The notes: generated from the sequence alone by a model not told the origin. 64,000 nt of DNA from Caulobacter sp. (GCA_046595895.1 JBKJSF010000244.1:1706-65705), one strand, 5' to 3'; counted from the stretch's first letter, positions 30,922 through 46,161 are shown. Numbers and translations are program-made.

Positions 30922-32633
30922 TGTGCGGCATCGCCGGGGTGCTGGATGAAGGCTCCGCCGGCAAGGCCGCGCCGCTCATCCAGCGGATCGCCCATCGCGG
31001 TCCCAACGGCATCCGCACCGAGGACGGCCCCGGCTGGTCGGTCGGCCATGCGCGGTTGTCGATCATCGACCTGGAGGGCGGCTGGCAACCGCTGCACGCG
31101 GCCGGCTCTACGATCATCGGCAACGGCGAGATCTACAACTACCTGGAACTGGCCGAGGAATTTGGCCTTAACGACCGGTTGGCCACGGGCTCGGACTTCG
31201 AACCGCTGCTTCATCTCTATGCGATGGAGGGCGAGCAAGCCTTTGACCGGTTGCGCGGCATGTACGCCTTCTGCCTGATCGGCCATGACGGCCGCACCTG
31301 GCTGGTCCGCGACCCCTTCGGCATCAAGCCGCTCTATTTCCGCGACGGCACGAGCGGCCGCGAAGAGGGCGAGGGGGTGATCTTCGCCTCGGAACCGCGC
31401 TCGCTGGTCGACCGGCCCGTACAGGTCAATGAACACGCCGCCGGCCAGTTGCTGGCGCTCAACTACAGCTTCACGCCCGTGCTGATGAGCGAGTGCCATC
31501 GGCTGCCGCCGGGAGCCGTCGCCGAGGTCAAGGGGGACTTTGTCGAGGAGCTGCGTGTGCGGCCGGCCCTGCCGCCGCCCGGGGTGACCGCCGGGGACGA
31601 GGCCTCACTGCTCAAAACCCTGGACGCCGTGCTCGAGGACAGCGTGCGGGTGCACCAGCGCTCGGACGTGCCCTACGGTCTATTTCTGTCAGGCGGGGTG
31701 GACAGCGCCACAATCGCCACCTTGATGGCGAGGCTGAACGACCGCCCGGTGATTGGCTACACCTGCGGCTTTGACGCTCCCGGCGCCCGGGATGAGCGGG
31801 CCCAGGCCGAGCGGGTGGCGAGGGCCCTGAACCTCGACTGGCGCGAAACGAGCTTCACCGAGCAGGACTTCTGGGAGATCGCGCCCCAGGTCGCGTGGGC
31901 GCTCGACGACGCCACCGCCGACTACGCGACGCTGCCGACCTTCAAGCTGGCCCAGGCGGCGAGGGCCGAACTGACCGTGGTGCTGACTGGCGAGGGGGGC
32001 GACGAATTGTTCGGCGGCTACGGCCGCTATCGTCGCGCCATGCGCCCGGCCTGGCTGGGCGGCCGGCCGGCCGAGCCGCGGGCCGGGTCTCCGTGGATCG
32101 ACGACTGGCGAGCGGCGGTCGCGCAGGTGGCGGTCGCCGGCCGCACCCGGTTGCAGCAGGCTCAGGCGGCGGATGTCGCCACCTGGCTGCCCGATGACCT
32201 GCTGCTGAAGCTCGACCGCTGCCTGATGGCCAACGGCCTGGAGGGCCGCACGCCCTTTCTCGACCCCGAGGTCGCCAGGTTTGCCTTCAATCTGCCCGAC
32301 CACATGAAGCTGCGCGGTCGCTACGGCAAATGGCTGTTGCGCAAGTGGCTTGAGCGCCAGTGCCCGGCCGCCGATCCTTGGGGCAGGAAGAAGGGCTTCA
32401 CCGTGCCGGTGGCCGCCTGGATCACGCCGCGCGCCAACGATCTTGGCCAGCGCATCCCCGCTGTTGCTTCGGTCGCCAAACTGCTGGACACGGACGCGGT
32501 GCGCGCCATCTTTTCCGACGCGCAGCACGAGTCGCAACGTTGGCCGTTGCTGTTTTTCGCCCTCTGGTCGTTGATCCATGTGGAGGGGGCGGAACCCGCC
32601 GCCGCAATGGCCTCTTTGCTCGGTGAACCCTGA
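30921..32633 (+). CDS. Asparagine synthase (glutamine-hydrolysing) family amidotransferase
   Basis: MCGIAG Ntn nucleophile start. [11 protein letters not shown]-loop. ATG overlaps the upstream TGA (TGATG). The long track N-extension is out of context. Confidence 0.88.
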   Translation: MCGIAGVLDEGSAGKAAPLIQRIAHRGPNGIRTEDGPGWSVGHARLSIIDLEGGWQPLHAAGSTIIGNGEIYNYLELAEEFGLNDRLATGSDFEPLLHLYAMEGEQAFDRLRGMYAFCLIGHDGRTWLVRDPFGIKPLYFRDGTSGREEGEGVIFASEPRSLVDRPVQVNEHAAGQLLALNYSFTPVLMSECHRLPPGAVAEVKGDFVEELRVRPALPPPGVTAGDEASLLKTLDAVLEDSVRVHQRSDVPYGLFLSGGVDSATIATLMARLNDRPVIGYTCGFDAPGARDERAQAERVARALNLDWRETSFTEQDFWEIAPQVAWALDDATADYATLPTFKLAQAARAELTVVLTGEGGDELFGGYGRYRRAMRPAWLGGRPAEPRAGSPWIDDWRAAVAQVAVAGRTRLQQAQAADVATWLPDDLLLKLDRCLMANGLEGRTPFLDPEVARFAFNLPDHMKLRGRYGKWLLRKWLERQCPAADPWGRKKGFTVPVAAWITPRANDLGQRIPAVASVAKLLDTDAVRAIFSDAQHESQRWPLLFFALWSLIHVEGAEPAAAMASLLGEP

Positions 32634-32644
32634 CGGAGTCTTCC

Positions 32645-33844
32645 ATGCGCGTCTTGACCCTCTTCGCCACCGCGTCTCTGCTAGCAGCCTGCAGCGGCCA
32701 GCCGAGCGGAGCCCAGACCCCGCTGGCGGCCGGCGGATCGCTGGAAACCCGCGAAGCCAACGCCCCCTACAGGCCCGCCTTTGCCGGCCAGACCCGCGCG
32801 CCGTCGAAGAGCGCCGGCGTCGCCTTCAACGTCGTCACCGTGACCGACGGCCTCGACAAGCCCTGGAGCCTGGCCTTCCTGCCCGACGGCCGCATGCTGG
32901 TCACCGAGAAGGGCGGCGCCCTGCGCATCGTCAGTGGGGACGGAAAGTTGTCGAACCCGGTCGCCGGCCTGCCCAAGGTTGATCCCAAGGGCCAGGGCGG
33001 CCTGCTCGATGTCGCCGTCCATGACGGGTGGGTCTACTGGAGCTTCGCCGAACCCCGCGAGGGCGGCAACGGCACGGCGGTGGCGCGCGGCAAGCTGGTC
33101 GGCGAGAGCCTGAGCGAGGTCGCGGTGATCTGGCGGATGACCCCCACCTTTGACAACAACATGCACTTCGGCTCGCGGCTGGCCTTTTCGCCGGACGGCT
33201 TCCTGTTCATCACCACCGGCGAACGCTCGGATCTGGCCGGCCGCATGCAGGCCCAGAAGCTGGACGCCGCCTTCGGCAAGGTGATCCGCATCTACCCCAA
33301 TGGCGTCATCCCCAAGGACAACCCCTTCACCTCGGTGGTCGGGGCCCTGCCGCAGATCTGGTCCTACGGCCACCGCAACATCCAGTCGGCGGCGTTCAAC
33401 CCGGCCACCGGTGAGCTGTGGACGGTCGAACACGGCCCGCGCGGCGGCGACGAGGTCAACGTCTCGCGCCGGGGCATGGACTACGGCTGGCCGACCATCG
33501 GCTATGGCCTGGAATACAACGGCCGGCCGGTCGGCGAGGGCATCACCCAGAAGGACGGCATGGAACAGCCGATCTACTACTGGGACCCGGTGATCGCGCC
33601 CTCAGGGCTCGCCTTCCATGACGGCGCCGGGCTGTTCCCGGCCTGGAAGAACAGCCTGTTCATCGGCGGCATGAAGGATCGCGATCTGGTCCGCCTGACC
33701 CTCGACGGCGACAAGGTGGTCGGCGAGGAACGGCTGCTGGCCGACCTCAAGCAGCGCATCCGCGACGTGCGGGTCGGTCCGGACGGCGCGGTCTATGTGC
33801 TGACCGACGGGGGATCCTTGCTGAAGCTCACGCCGAAAGGCTAG
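32645..33844 (+). CDS. PQQ-dependent sugar dehydrogenase (YliI/soluble aldose sugar dehydrogenase-like) lipoprotein
   Basis: Lipobox [27 protein letters not shown]...[29 protein letters not shown]. Confidence 0.85.
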   Translation: MRVLTLFATASLLAACSGQPSGAQTPLAAGGSLETREANAPYRPAFAGQTRAPSKSAGVAFNVVTVTDGLDKPWSLAFLPDGRMLVTEKGGALRIVSGDGKLSNPVAGLPKVDPKGQGGLLDVAVHDGWVYWSFAEPREGGNGTAVARGKLVGESLSEVAVIWRMTPTFDNNMHFGSRLAFSPDGFLFITTGERSDLAGRMQAQKLDAAFGKVIRIYPNGVIPKDNPFTSVVGALPQIWSYGHRNIQSAAFNPATGELWTVEHGPRGGDEVNVSRRGMDYGWPTIGYGLEYNGRPVGEGITQKDGMEQPIYYWDPVIAPSGLAFHDGAGLFPAWKNSLFIGGMKDRDLVRLTLDGDKVVGEERLLADLKQRIRDVRVGPDGAVYVLTDGGSLLKLTPKG

Positions 33845-33845
33845 T

Positions 33846-33956
33846 GCGTCCTTCGACACGCGGCCTTCGGCCGCTACTCAGGATGACGAACTTGGGTGGG
33901 CGACACAGAAATTCGTCATCCTCACTAGCCCACGCAGTGGGCGTGTCGAAGGATGC
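33846..33956. repeat. Nested palindromic intergenic element (REP/MITE-like) between convergent genes
   Basis: Outer inverted repeat gcgtccttcgacacgc (33846-33861) / gcgtgtcgaaggatgc (33941-33956). Inner perfect inverted repeat ggatgacgaa (33881-33890) / ttcgtcatcc (33912-33921). Small hairpin cggcc-ttc-ggccg. Confidence 0.65.
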
Positions 33957-33963
33957 AAACCCG

Positions 33964-35076
33964 TCACCCCACGAGCTTGCCCGCCACCGCCTCGCCAATC
34001 GCCAGCGAGCTGGTCAGGCCAGGGCTTTCGATGCCGAACAGCGCCACCAGTCCCTCAATTCCGTGCGTCTCCGCGCCGCTGATCTGGAAATCCGGCTGCG
34101 GCTCGCCCGGCCCGTGCAGCTTGGGGCGGATACCGGCGTAGTCGGGGGCCAGGTCCTCCGCCGGCAGATCCGGCCAGAACTTGCGGATATAGGCGGCGAA
34201 GGCCTCGGCCCTGGCCGGATCGACGCTGTAATCCTCGGCATCGACAAACTGCAGGTCCGGCCCGAACACCGCCTGGCCGCCGAGGTCCTTGCGATAATGG
34301 GTGCCCAGCGCCCCGGGGATCGGCGGCGGATAGATCAGCCGCTCGAACGGCGCCTTGGCCGCCAGCCGGAAATAGACGCCCTTGCCGAAATGCCCGGCCG
34401 GAATCTGCGCGGGGGGAAAGCCCTCGATATGGGCCGCAACCCCCTGCGCCGACAGCCCCGGCGCCGTGACCAACAGGCGGCAGGTCAGCGTCGTCGCCTC
34501 CGCCCCGCCGGCCCTTAACGTGAAGCCGCCGCCGGGCAGGGGGCTGGCGCCCTCGAACGGCGTCGAGGCGACCACCGCCCCGCCGGCCGCCTCGATCTCG
34601 CCCTGCAGGGCCAGCATGTAGCCGTGGCTGTCAAACACCCCCGACTGCGGCGACAGCAACGCCGCCTCGCAGCGCAGGCCCGGTTCCAGGACCCGCGCCT
34701 GCTCGCCGGTCAGCCGCTGCATCTCCTCGACCTCATTGGTCGCCGCCTGCTCCCAGATGGCGTCCAGCCGCGAAACCTCCTCCACCGTGGTCGCCACCAC
34801 CAGCTTGCCGCAACGTCGATAATCGACGTGATGCAGATCGAGGAAGGCATAGAGCATCCGCCGCCCCTGGACGCAGAGCCGGGCCTTGAGCGAACCGCTC
34901 GGATAGTAGAGCCCGCCGTGGATCACCTCGCTGTTGCGCGAAGAGACGCCCTGGCCGATGGCGGCTTCCTTCTCCAGCACGGCGACCACCAGCCCGCGCT
35001 TCGAAAGCGCATAGCCGCAGGCCAGGCCCACGGCGCCCGCGCCGACCACCACGGCGTCAAAATCAAATTCGCTCAT
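33964..35076 (-). CDS. FAD-dependent oxidoreductase (L-2-hydroxyglutarate oxidase/dehydrogenase-like)
   Basis: DAVVVGAGAVGLACGYAL dinucleotide fold. SSRNSEVIHGGLYYP motif. Confidence 0.8.
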   Translation of the reverse strand: MSEFDFDAVVVGAGAVGLACGYALSKRGLVVAVLEKEAAIGQGVSSRNSEVIHGGLYYPSGSLKARLCVQGRRMLYAFLDLHHVDYRRCGKLVVATTVEEVSRLDAIWEQAATNEVEEMQRLTGEQARVLEPGLRCEAALLSPQSGVFDSHGYMLALQGEIEAAGGAVVASTPFEGASPLPGGGFTLRAGGAEATTLTCRLLVTAPGLSAQGVAAHIEGFPPAQIPAGHFGKGVYFRLAAKAPFERLIYPPPIPGALGTHYRKDLGGQAVFGPDLQFVDAEDYSVDPARAEAFAAYIRKFWPDLPAEDLAPDYAGIRPKLHGPGEPQPDFQISGAETHGIEGLVALFGIESPGLTSSLAIGEAVAGKLVG

Positions 35077-35317
35077 GGCCCGATTGGTAACGGCCGGGTG
35101 GGCTGAGGGCTAGGACTGATCAGGACTCAAGATGCCTCAAATATCTACCGCACATCCCGGCATTCGCCGGGATGAGCGGATTGGCAGGGCCGGACAATCC
35201 GCCGCACCGCCATCTCGGTCCCACCGAACGGTTCCTTCACGACGTTCAGCCATCCTGCAGGCGGGCTACGAGGGCGCAGGCCGGGGTTTCCGGCGCCCAC
35301 AGGTTCGGACGTTGCGT

Positions 35318-36499
35318 ATGTTGCGTTTCTCCATCCCCCGCTTTTCAAGCCGGCGATTGCCCGACGAGGTCTACGTCGAACTGGTCGATCTGCTCTACGC
35401 GGCCATGGCCCCGCTGCTGATCATGGCCGTGTCGATCGGCGCCATCGGAACGCTGATCGCGGCCAGAACAGGCGATCCGGTGCTGGCCGGACTGGCCCTG
35501 GCCGGCGTCGTCGTCGGGCTGGGCCGCATCGCCGTCTCCCTCGCCTACCGCCGCCGGGCCCGCGACCGCAATCCCGGCCGGGCAGCAACCTCGGCCTGGG
35601 AGCGGCGCTACGGGGCCTGGAGCCTGCTGTTCGCCGTCGTCCTGGGGGCCTTCAACGCCCGGGCCATCCTGGCCGGCGACTTCCTCGACCACATGCTGGT
35701 GACCGGCCTGATCTTCGGCTACGGCTCGGGCCTGGTCTCGCGCCAGTCGGTGCGGCCGGTGATCGGCACGGCCAGTTTGCTCTTGGCGAGCATCCCGACC
35801 GCCGGCGCCCTGGCCCTGGTGGCCTTCAGCGGCGCCCTCGATACTTCCCTGGCCTACGCCGCCCAGGCCCTGCTGGTCGCCGCCTTCACGGCTGGGGGCC
35901 TGCAGACCCTGGCCGGCGCCTACCGCACCACCACCGGCCAGATCCTGACTAAACGCAATTTCGCCGACCTGGCGCGGCAGGACGCCCTGACCGGCCTGCC
36001 CAACCGGCTGCAGCTGCGCGAGCGGTTCGACGATGAGATCCTCGGCCTGGGCGCGGGCGGGCGGTTGCTGGCCCTGCATTTCCTCGACCTCGACCAGTTC
36101 AAGCCGGTCAACGACCGCTACGGCCACCCGGTCGGCGACGCCCTGCTCAAGGCGGTGGCCGGTCGGCTGACCCACATGCTGCGGGCCACCGACACGGCCG
36201 CCCGTCTTGGCGGCGACGAGTTCGTCATCATCCAGACCGGCATCGCCCACCCCGACGAGGCCCGCATGCTGGCCATGCGCATCCTCCGCACCCTGAGCGC
36301 TCCCTACCGCATCGACGGCCACGAATTGCGGATCGGCGTCAGCATCGGCATCGCCCTGGCTCCCCAGGACGGGGTCGATCTGGAAGTGCTGGCCGCGCGG
36401 GCGGATGCGGCGCTGTACCAGGCCAAAAGCAGTGGGCGCGGGACGATCGCCTTCTGGAGCGAGATGCGGCAGGCGAAGCTGACCGTGGTCGCGGCTTAG
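35318..36499 (+). CDS. Membrane-anchored diguanylate cyclase (GGDEF domain with an RxxD I-site)
   Basis: About 6 hydrophobic segments, then DALTGLPNR...FKPVNDRYGHPVGD...RATDTAARLGGDEF. Confidence 0.85.
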   Translation: MLRFSIPRFSSRRLPDEVYVELVDLLYAAMAPLLIMAVSIGAIGTLIAARTGDPVLAGLALAGVVVGLGRIAVSLAYRRRARDRNPGRAATSAWERRYGAWSLLFAVVLGAFNARAILAGDFLDHMLVTGLIFGYGSGLVSRQSVRPVIGTASLLLASIPTAGALALVAFSGALDTSLAYAAQALLVAAFTAGGLQTLAGAYRTTTGQILTKRNFADLARQDALTGLPNRLQLRERFDDEILGLGAGGRLLALHFLDLDQFKPVNDRYGHPVGDALLKAVAGRLTHMLRATDTAARLGGDEFVIIQTGIAHPDEARMLAMRILRTLSAPYRIDGHELRIGVSIGIALAPQDGVDLEVLAARADAALYQAKSSGRGTIAFWSEMRQAKLTVVAA

Positions 36500-36525
36500 G
36501 AGGGTAGGCGGCGACGCCGCCGACC

Positions 36526-37593
36526 CTATCCCACCTGCCCCCGATGCCTCAGGAACGCATCCGCCAGCACGCAGGCCGTCATCGCCTCGACGACCGGCGG
36601 GGCGCGGACCCCGACACAGGGGTCGTGGCGGCCCTTGGTGCGCAGTTCGATCTCCTCGCCGGCCTCATTGAGGGTGCGGCGCGGGGTGAGGATGGAGCTG
36701 GTCGGCTTGAAGGCGACGCGGGCGATCACCGGCTGGCCGGTGCTGATGCCCCCCAGCACGCCGCCGGCGTGGTTGCTCAAGAAAGTCGGGCCGTTGTTGC
36801 CGGCCCGCATCTCGTCGGCGTTCTCTTCCCCGGTCAGGGCGGCGGCGGCGAAGCCGGAGCCGATCTCGACACCCTTGGCGGCGTTGATCGACATCAGGGC
36901 GGCGGCCAGCTCGGCGTCGATCTTGCCATAGATCGGCGCGCCCCAGCCGGCCGGCACGCCGTCGGCCTCGACCTCGACGATGGCCCCGGTCGAGGAGCCG
37001 GCCTTGCGGATCTCGTCGAGGTAGCCGTCCCATTGGGCGGCGGCGGCGGCGTCCGGGCAGAAGAAGGGGTTGTTGGCGGTCTCGGCCCAGTCCCAGGCCG
37101 CCCGGTCGATGGCGTGCGGCCCGATCTGCACCAGGGCGGCGCGGACGGTGACCCCGGGGATAACCTTACGGGCGATGGCCCCGGCCGCGACGCGGGCGGC
37201 GGTCTCGCGGGCGCTGGAACGGCCGCCGCCGCGATAGTCGCGCCGGCCGTACTTGGCGATGTAGGTGAAGTCGGCGTGGCCGGGGCGGAAGGCCTGGGCG
37301 ATCTCGCCGTAGTCCTTGGACCGCTGGTCTTCGTTCTCGATCATCAGCGAGATCGGCGTGCCGGTGGTGAAGCCCTCGAAGACGCCGGACAGGATCTTCA
37401 CCGTGTCGCTCTCGCGGCGCTGGGTGACGTGGCGGCTGGTGCCGGGCTTGCGCCGGTCGAGAAAGGCCTGGATGTCGGCCTCGGTCAGCTCGATCCCGGG
37501 AGGGCAGCCGTCGACCACGCAGCCGAGCGCCGGTCCGTGGCTCTCGCCCCAGGTGGTGACGCGGAACAGATGGCCGAAGGTGTTGTGCGACAT
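36526..37593 (-). CDS. aroC: Chorismate synthase
   Basis: [33 protein letters not shown]...GRHDPCVG. Confidence 0.95.
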   Translation of the reverse strand: MSHNTFGHLFRVTTWGESHGPALGCVVDGCPPGIELTEADIQAFLDRRKPGTSRHVTQRRESDTVKILSGVFEGFTTGTPISLMIENEDQRSKDYGEIAQAFRPGHADFTYIAKYGRRDYRGGGRSSARETAARVAAGAIARKVIPGVTVRAALVQIGPHAIDRAAWDWAETANNPFFCPDAAAAAQWDGYLDEIRKAGSSTGAIVEVEADGVPAGWGAPIYGKIDAELAAALMSINAAKGVEIGSGFAAAALTGEENADEMRAGNNGPTFLSNHAGGVLGGISTGQPVIARVAFKPTSSILTPRRTLNEAGEEIELRTKGRHDPCVGVRAPPVVEAMTACVLADAFLRHRGQVG

Positions 37594-37624
37594 CGTGCTT
37601 GGCTCTTAACGCAACCAGCCCAGC

Positions 37625-38332
37625 CTACAAGGCCGCGGCCGGCGCCCCAGACAGCGTCCATGCGGCCTGAAAGGCCCGCAGGCGGGTGCGGGCGCCGCTT
37701 TCAGGCGGGGTCGGGGGGGCTTTCAGAGTGACGATCAGGTCGCCGGCCGCGTGGGGGCCCCGGGCCGGCATCCCCTGGCCGGTCAGCCGCACCAGGCCCC
37801 GGGCGATGTCGCGGCGGCCGATCCAGATCTCGCGGGGACCGCCCGGGGTGGCGACCGGCAGGCGGCCGCCCGAACCGTGTGGGATCTCGGCGCTGAGCCA
37901 CAGGTCGTCGCCGCGCAGGATCAGGCCGTCGCCGGCCTTGACGGTGACCGCCAGCATGACGTCGCCGGCCCGAACCCTGTCGCCGGGGCGCAGGCCGGCC
38001 GGCAGCTCGACGGCCAGCCGACGACCATCGGCGAGACGGGCGAAGGCGCGGCCGCCGGAGGCGGCGAGGGCAGGGCTGATCTCGATAGAGTCCGGCGACA
38101 CCGGGGCCGGGGCAGGGGCAGGGGCGGTCGTTTCGGCCGGCGCGGCCTTGAGCAGGCCGTAGGCCTCGACGACCTCGCGCAGCTTCGCCGCGTCGCCGCC
38201 CGGACGGTCCGGGTGGGCCGCCTTGACGGCCTGGCGGAAGGCCGCGCGCAGGGCCGTCTCGCTGACGGTCCCGCGCACGCCCAGCACCGCCCGCGCCCGG
38301 CGGGTGTCCATCGTCCTTGTCGCCACCACCAT
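37625..38332 (-). CDS. J-domain (DnaJ-like) protein with a DnaJ-C-like beta domain
   Basis: AVLGV...[20 protein letters not shown] (HPD motif). Start is ATG 38332 or ATG 38311. Confidence 0.7.
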   Translation of the reverse strand: MVVATRTMDTRRARAVLGVRGTVSETALRAAFRQAVKAAHPDRPGGDAAKLREVVEAYGLLKAAPAETTAPAPAPAPVSPDSIEISPALAASGGRAFARLADGRRLAVELPAGLRPGDRVRAGDVMLAVTVKAGDGLILRGDDLWLSAEIPHGSGGRLPVATPGGPREIWIGRRDIARGLVRLTGQGMPARGPHAAGDLIVTLKAPPTPPESGARTRLRAFQAAWTLSGAPAAAL

Positions 38333-38424
38333 GGCCCCTTTGTTTGTTGGGCTCACCCTGGCCTGCACAGAGTCAATTCCGGGTTAAGCGTGGCGGCGCA
38401 CGGGAGGCGGCGCTACATAACGGT

Positions 38425-39090
38425 ATGGCCGACGACACCCTGATCCCCGCCTCGCCGAGCGAAGACGACTACGTCACCCAGGTGACCGGAGCCGAGCCGC
38501 TGCCCCTGCTGCCCGAGGCCGACCCCATCGCCCTGTTTGAGACCTGGCTGAAGGCGGCCGTCGAGGCGGAGGCCAACGACGCCAACGCCATGACACTGGC
38601 CACTGTCGACGCCAGCGGCCTGCCGGACGCGCGGATGGTGCTGCTGAAAGGGGTGGATGCAGCCGGCTTCACCTTCTTCACCAATCTGGAAAGCGCCAAG
38701 GGCCGCGAGCTGATCGCCAACCCCAAGGCCGCCCTGCTGTTTCACTGGAAGTCCCTGCGTCGCCAGGTGCGCATCCGCGGGACTGTCGAGCAGGTCAGCG
38801 AGGCGGAGGCCGACGCCTACCACGCCACCCGCGCCCGCCACAGCCAGCTGGGGGCCTGGGCCTCGGAACAGTCGCGGCCGCTGCCGGATCGCTTCGCCCT
38901 GGAAAAGCGGGTGGCCGAGATGGGCCTCAGGTTCGGCCTCGGCAAGGTGCCGCGCCCGCCGCACTGGTCGGGCTTTCGCCTGACGCCGCAGAGCCTCGAA
39001 TTCTGGCGCGACCGGCCCTTCCGGCTGCACGAACGGCTGGTCTTCGCGCGCTCCGGCCAGGGCTGGACGACCTCGCGGCTCTACCCATGA
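38425..39090 (+). CDS. pdxH: Pyridoxamine 5'-phosphate oxidase
   Basis: [21 protein letters not shown]...QVRIRG...RLHERLVF...W...RLYP. Confidence 0.95.
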   Translation: MADDTLIPASPSEDDYVTQVTGAEPLPLLPEADPIALFETWLKAAVEAEANDANAMTLATVDASGLPDARMVLLKGVDAAGFTFFTNLESAKGRELIANPKAALLFHWKSLRRQVRIRGTVEQVSEAEADAYHATRARHSQLGAWASEQSRPLPDRFALEKRVAEMGLRFGLGKVPRPPHWSGFRLTPQSLEFWRDRPFRLHERLVFARSGQGWTTSRLYP

Positions 39091-40592
39091 GCCAACCGAC
39101 GCCGCAAGAAGCCCAGCAGGAAGCCGAGATCGCCGCCTGGCTCGGCGGCCGCGCCGATCGCATCATCGAGACCAGCTGCGCGCGGGTCTATCTGACCGGC
39201 GAGTTGGCCCTGAAGGTCAAGAAGCCGGTCAACTTCGGCTTCCTCAACTATGAGACCGCCGCCCTGCGCCACTGGGCGCTGGAGCGCGAGCTGGCCTTCA
39301 ACCGCGCCGCCGCGCCGGACATCTATCGCCGGGTCGGAGCCATCACCCGAGCCGGTGATGGCGGGCTGGAGCTCGATGGGGCCGGCGAGCGGGTGGAGTC
39401 GGTGCTGGAGATGCGCCGCTTCGACGAAACCGCCGTGCTGGCCGAACAGCCCTACGCCGTCGATGGCGAACTCAGTGACCAACTGGGCCGGGCCATCGCC
39501 CGCTTCCACGCCGACGCCCCGGTGACCCGCGACGCCGAGCCGGCCGGCGGCATGAGCTACACCATCCGCTCCAACGCCGCCCTGATGCGGGACCTGATCC
39601 CCCAGCTCGGCAAGGAACCGGTCGAGGCGCTGGTCGCCGCCACCGACGCCGAGCGGGCGCGGCTGGAAGGCCTGCTGGCCGCGCGGCTGAAAGCGGGCTG
39701 GGTGCGCCGCTGCCATGGCGACCTGCATCTGGGCAATATCCTGCTCGAGGGCGGCCGGCCGATCCTGTTCGACTGCATCGAGTTCAACGACACCCTGTCG
39801 GAAATCGACGTCCTCTACGACGTCGCCTTCCTGCTGATGGACCTCGATTTCCGCCGCCGCCGCGACGCCGCCGTGCGGGTGCTGTCGGCCTGGCTGGACG
39901 AGGGGGCGCGGCTGTTGCCGGCGGGGCTGTGGACCGGGCTGGAAGCCCTGCCGCTGGCCCTGTCGGTGCGGGCCGGGGTGCGCTGCCACGTCCAGGCCCA
40001 CGGCGGCGACATCGAGGCCAGTCGCGCCTATCTGGCCGCCGCCCTGGCGCATCTGGAGCCGGTCAAGCCGGTGCTGGCGGCGGTCGGCGGCCTGTCGGGC
40101 TCTGGCAAGTCGACCTTCGCCCGCATCGCCGCCCCAGGCCTCGGGGCCTCGCCGGGCGCCGTCATCCTGCGCAGCGACGAGATCCGCAAACGCCTGTGGG
40201 GGGTCGGCCCCCTCGACCGCCTGCCGCCGGAAGCCTACGCCCCCGAGGTCAGCCCCCGGGTCTACGGCCAACTTTTCGAGGACGCCGGAGCAGCTTTGGC
40301 CGCCGGTCGCGCCGTCATCCTCGACGCCGTCTTCATGAAGCCAGAGGAACGCGCCGCCGCCGCCGGTGTCGCGGCGGCGGCCGGCGTCGCCTTCGAAGGC
40401 CTGTGGCTGGAGGCCCCGGCCGGACTGCTGCACGACCGCATCGCCGGCCGGGCCAATGACGCCTCAGACGCGACGGCCGCGGTGCTTGACGCCCAGCTGA
40501 CCCGCGACCTCGGCGAGATGAGCTGGCGGCGGGTCGATAGCGACGGAGCCTTCGAGCCGGCGGCCGAGGCGCTGGTGAAGGCGCTGGCCTAG
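39087..40592 (+). CDS. Bifunctional aminoglycoside phosphotransferase-like / P-loop ATP-binding protein
   Basis: [12 protein letters not shown] kinase motif, then Walker [15 protein letters not shown] overlap with the pdxH stop. Confidence 0.8.
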   Translation: MSQPTPQEAQQEAEIAAWLGGRADRIIETSCARVYLTGELALKVKKPVNFGFLNYETAALRHWALERELAFNRAAAPDIYRRVGAITRAGDGGLELDGAGERVESVLEMRRFDETAVLAEQPYAVDGELSDQLGRAIARFHADAPVTRDAEPAGGMSYTIRSNAALMRDLIPQLGKEPVEALVAATDAERARLEGLLAARLKAGWVRRCHGDLHLGNILLEGGRPILFDCIEFNDTLSEIDVLYDVAFLLMDLDFRRRRDAAVRVLSAWLDEGARLLPAGLWTGLEALPLALSVRAGVRCHVQAHGGDIEASRAYLAAALAHLEPVKPVLAAVGGLSGSGKSTFARIAAPGLGASPGAVILRSDEIRKRLWGVGPLDRLPPEAYAPEVSPRVYGQLFEDAGAALAAGRAVILDAVFMKPEERAAAAGVAAAAGVAFEGLWLEAPAGLLHDRIAGRANDASDATAAVLDAQLTRDLGEMSWRRVDSDGAFEPAAEALVKALA

Positions 40593-40621
40593 GCGTTGAT
40601 GCAGGCTTCGAGGGGCGCTGG

Positions 40622-40981
40622 ATGATCGGCACAAGGCGGGCGATGCTCTGCGGTCTCGGCGGCGCCGGCATCCTATTGACCGCCGCGCCGGCGATGGCGG
40701 CCGAGGCCGTGGAGGCGCGGCTGACGGGACGAGCGGGGGTGACCCTGACGATCGCCCAGGGGGTCGGCCGCATCGCTGAGCTGGACCCTCTGGGCCCGGC
40801 CGCCCGCGCCGGTCTGCGGCCCGGAGACGTGGTCTTCGGCTGGGGTGGCGGCGGGCTCGAAGCCCTGCCGACGGCCTTGGTCGGGACGCCCGGCGAGGGC
40901 ATCGACCTTCAGGTCCTGCGCGGCCAGGGCCAGCGCACCGTGCGCCTGGTGCTTGAAGACCCGGAAATTGCTCGCCCATAG
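40622..40981 (+). CDS. Small exported PDZ-domain protein
   Basis: Signal MIGTRRAMLCGLGGAGILLTAAPAMA-AE. PDZ-like AELDPLGPAARAGLRPGDVVF. Confidence 0.6.
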   Translation: MIGTRRAMLCGLGGAGILLTAAPAMAAEAVEARLTGRAGVTLTIAQGVGRIAELDPLGPAARAGLRPGDVVFGWGGGGLEALPTALVGTPGEGIDLQVLRGQGQRTVRLVLEDPEIARP

Positions 40982-41059
40982 GCGGCGCCGGTTTGCGCTG
41001 CGGCATTCCGCCCGGTAGCGTGGGCCGGAAGAACCAACACTCGGGGAAGGTATAAGCGT

Positions 41060-44409
<3,350 letters not shown>

Positions 44410-44413
<4 letters not shown>

Positions 44414-45213
44414 GGCCGAGCCGCTCCGGCCGCTTCGCACAACTGCTCCAGGAAGCGGCTGCCAGCGGCCGCGGCGTCGTCGTCTGCCGGGGCGAACTCG
44501 GTGATCGTCAGGCCGACAAGCGTGCCGGAGACGGCCGCCTCGCGCACCACGGCGAGGCCCGCGTCCATCGACAACCGGCCCTCCGGATAGGCGATGTGCG
44601 GAAATTCGGCGGGGTCGAGCGCATCCAGGTCAAAGTGGATATGAATAGGTCCGGACAAGGTCTGGCCAGGCTCGAGCCATGACAGACCCTTGTCCCGTCG
44701 AAACGCCCAGTCACCGTCGTCGCCCAGATGGGCCGAGACATAGCGGAACCGTGAGGCGGCAAGGGGCGTGGATAGCAAGGCCTGCAGATCGGCCGGAGCG
44801 GAGCCCATGATCGAGGCCACCGGCATGCCGTGAAAGTTCCCGCTCGGCGAGGTGTGCGCCGTGTTGGCGTCCAGATGGGCATCGACCCAGATCACCGTCA
44901 GGTCCGGATATTGCCGGTGCAGATAGTCGATGACGGCGACGTCGCAGGCGCAATCTCCGCCGGCGGTCAGGACGCGCAAGGGCCGCGTCTCATCGAGGAT
45001 CGCCCGGGCGCTGCGGAACTGTTCGAGGATCGCGGTCCAGCGATTGATCCCGCCTCTCGCCTCGCCCTCACCGGCGTTCGGAACATGCTTGAGCGGCCCG
45101 TACCGGCCGCAGACCTCGGCCGCGGCGGCCGCGCCTCTGCGCAGGTTCTCCGAACGCCCCGACCCCTGCCATTGCGGATAGGACAGGACGAGGTCGAACT
45201 TGACGCCTTGCAA
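44410..45213 (-). CDS. Arginase/ureohydrolase family protein (agmatinase/formimidoylglutamase-like)
   Basis: GGDCACD, VIWVDAHLD, IHIHFDLDALDP and TITEF metal-ligand motifs. Confidence 0.8.
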
Positions 45214-45252
45214 TCTTCGCTCCCGCGCAATTTCGTCCAGACCCCGAAGGGC

Positions 45253-46161
45253 TTAGGTCGTGGCCGTGGCCGTGGCCAGCCGGTAGTCGCTGTCCAAAGC
45301 CGGCTCACCGGCGCAGGTCAGCCGGCCGTCACGGACCATCTGAACCATGTGCGCCATCACCGAATGGGCGGCGGCCGGGTAGAGGCGCGAGTCCACATCC
45401 TTGTAGAGTTCGGGCACCATCAGCTTTATCCGCGTGTGCCCTCGGCCAAGGGCGGCGAGAATCTGCGCCTCGCGGGACCGTCGGTGGTCGATATAGGCCT
45501 GGACGAAGGGGGCCGGGTCGGTGATCGGCGGGCCGTGGGTCGGCCACAGGGTCGAAAAGCCTCGCGCCTTGATCTTGTTGAGGCTCTCGAAATAGTCGCC
45601 CATGTCGCCGTCCGGCGGGCTGATCACCGTCGTCGACCAGCCCATGATGTGGTCGCCGCTGAACAGGGCGTTCTCTTCCAGAAGGGCGTAGCAGATGTGG
45701 TTGGAGGTGTGACCAGGCGTCGGGATCGCCTCGAGCGTCCAGCCGCCTCCCGAGAAGACGCCGCCGTCGCACAGGCCGATATCAGGCCGGAAGGTGCGGT
45801 CGTCGCCCGCTTCCATGCGAACTTCCGACTCGGTCGCTACCCCCTGCTTGGCGCAGGCATAGATGACGGCCCCGGTGCGGGCCGCCAGGGGGCGGGCCAG
45901 GGGCGAATGGTCGGCGTGGTTGTGGGTGACGAAGATATGGGTGATCCGCTCGCCGACCGTGGCGGCCAGGATCGCCTCCAGATGGTCGTCCATGTCCGGG
46001 CCGGGGTCGATGACGGCGAGGTCGCCCGAACCGATGATATAGGTGCCCGTACCCTTGAAGGTGAAAGGCCCCGGGTTGTTGGCCACGACGCGACGAATCA
46101 GGGGCGAGACCCTGTCGCACACGCCGTAGTCGAACTCGATCTCTCTGACGAAAGGAATCAT
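45253..46161 (-). CDS. MBL-fold metallo-hydrolase
   Basis: FVTHNHADHS (HxHxDH) motif, 302 aa. Confidence 0.85.
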   Translation of the reverse strand: MIPFVREIEFDYGVCDRVSPLIRRVVANNPGPFTFKGTGTYIIGSGDLAVIDPGPDMDDHLEAILAATVGERITHIFVTHNHADHSPLARPLAARTGAVIYACAKQGVATESEVRMEAGDDRTFRPDIGLCDGGVFSGGGWTLEAIPTPGHTSNHICYALLEENALFSGDHIMGWSTTVISPPDGDMGDYFESLNKIKARGFSTLWPTHGPPITDPAPFVQAYIDHRRSREAQILAALGRGHTRIKLMVPELYKDVDSRLYPAAAHSVMAHMVQMVRDGRLTCAGEPALDSDYRLATATATT

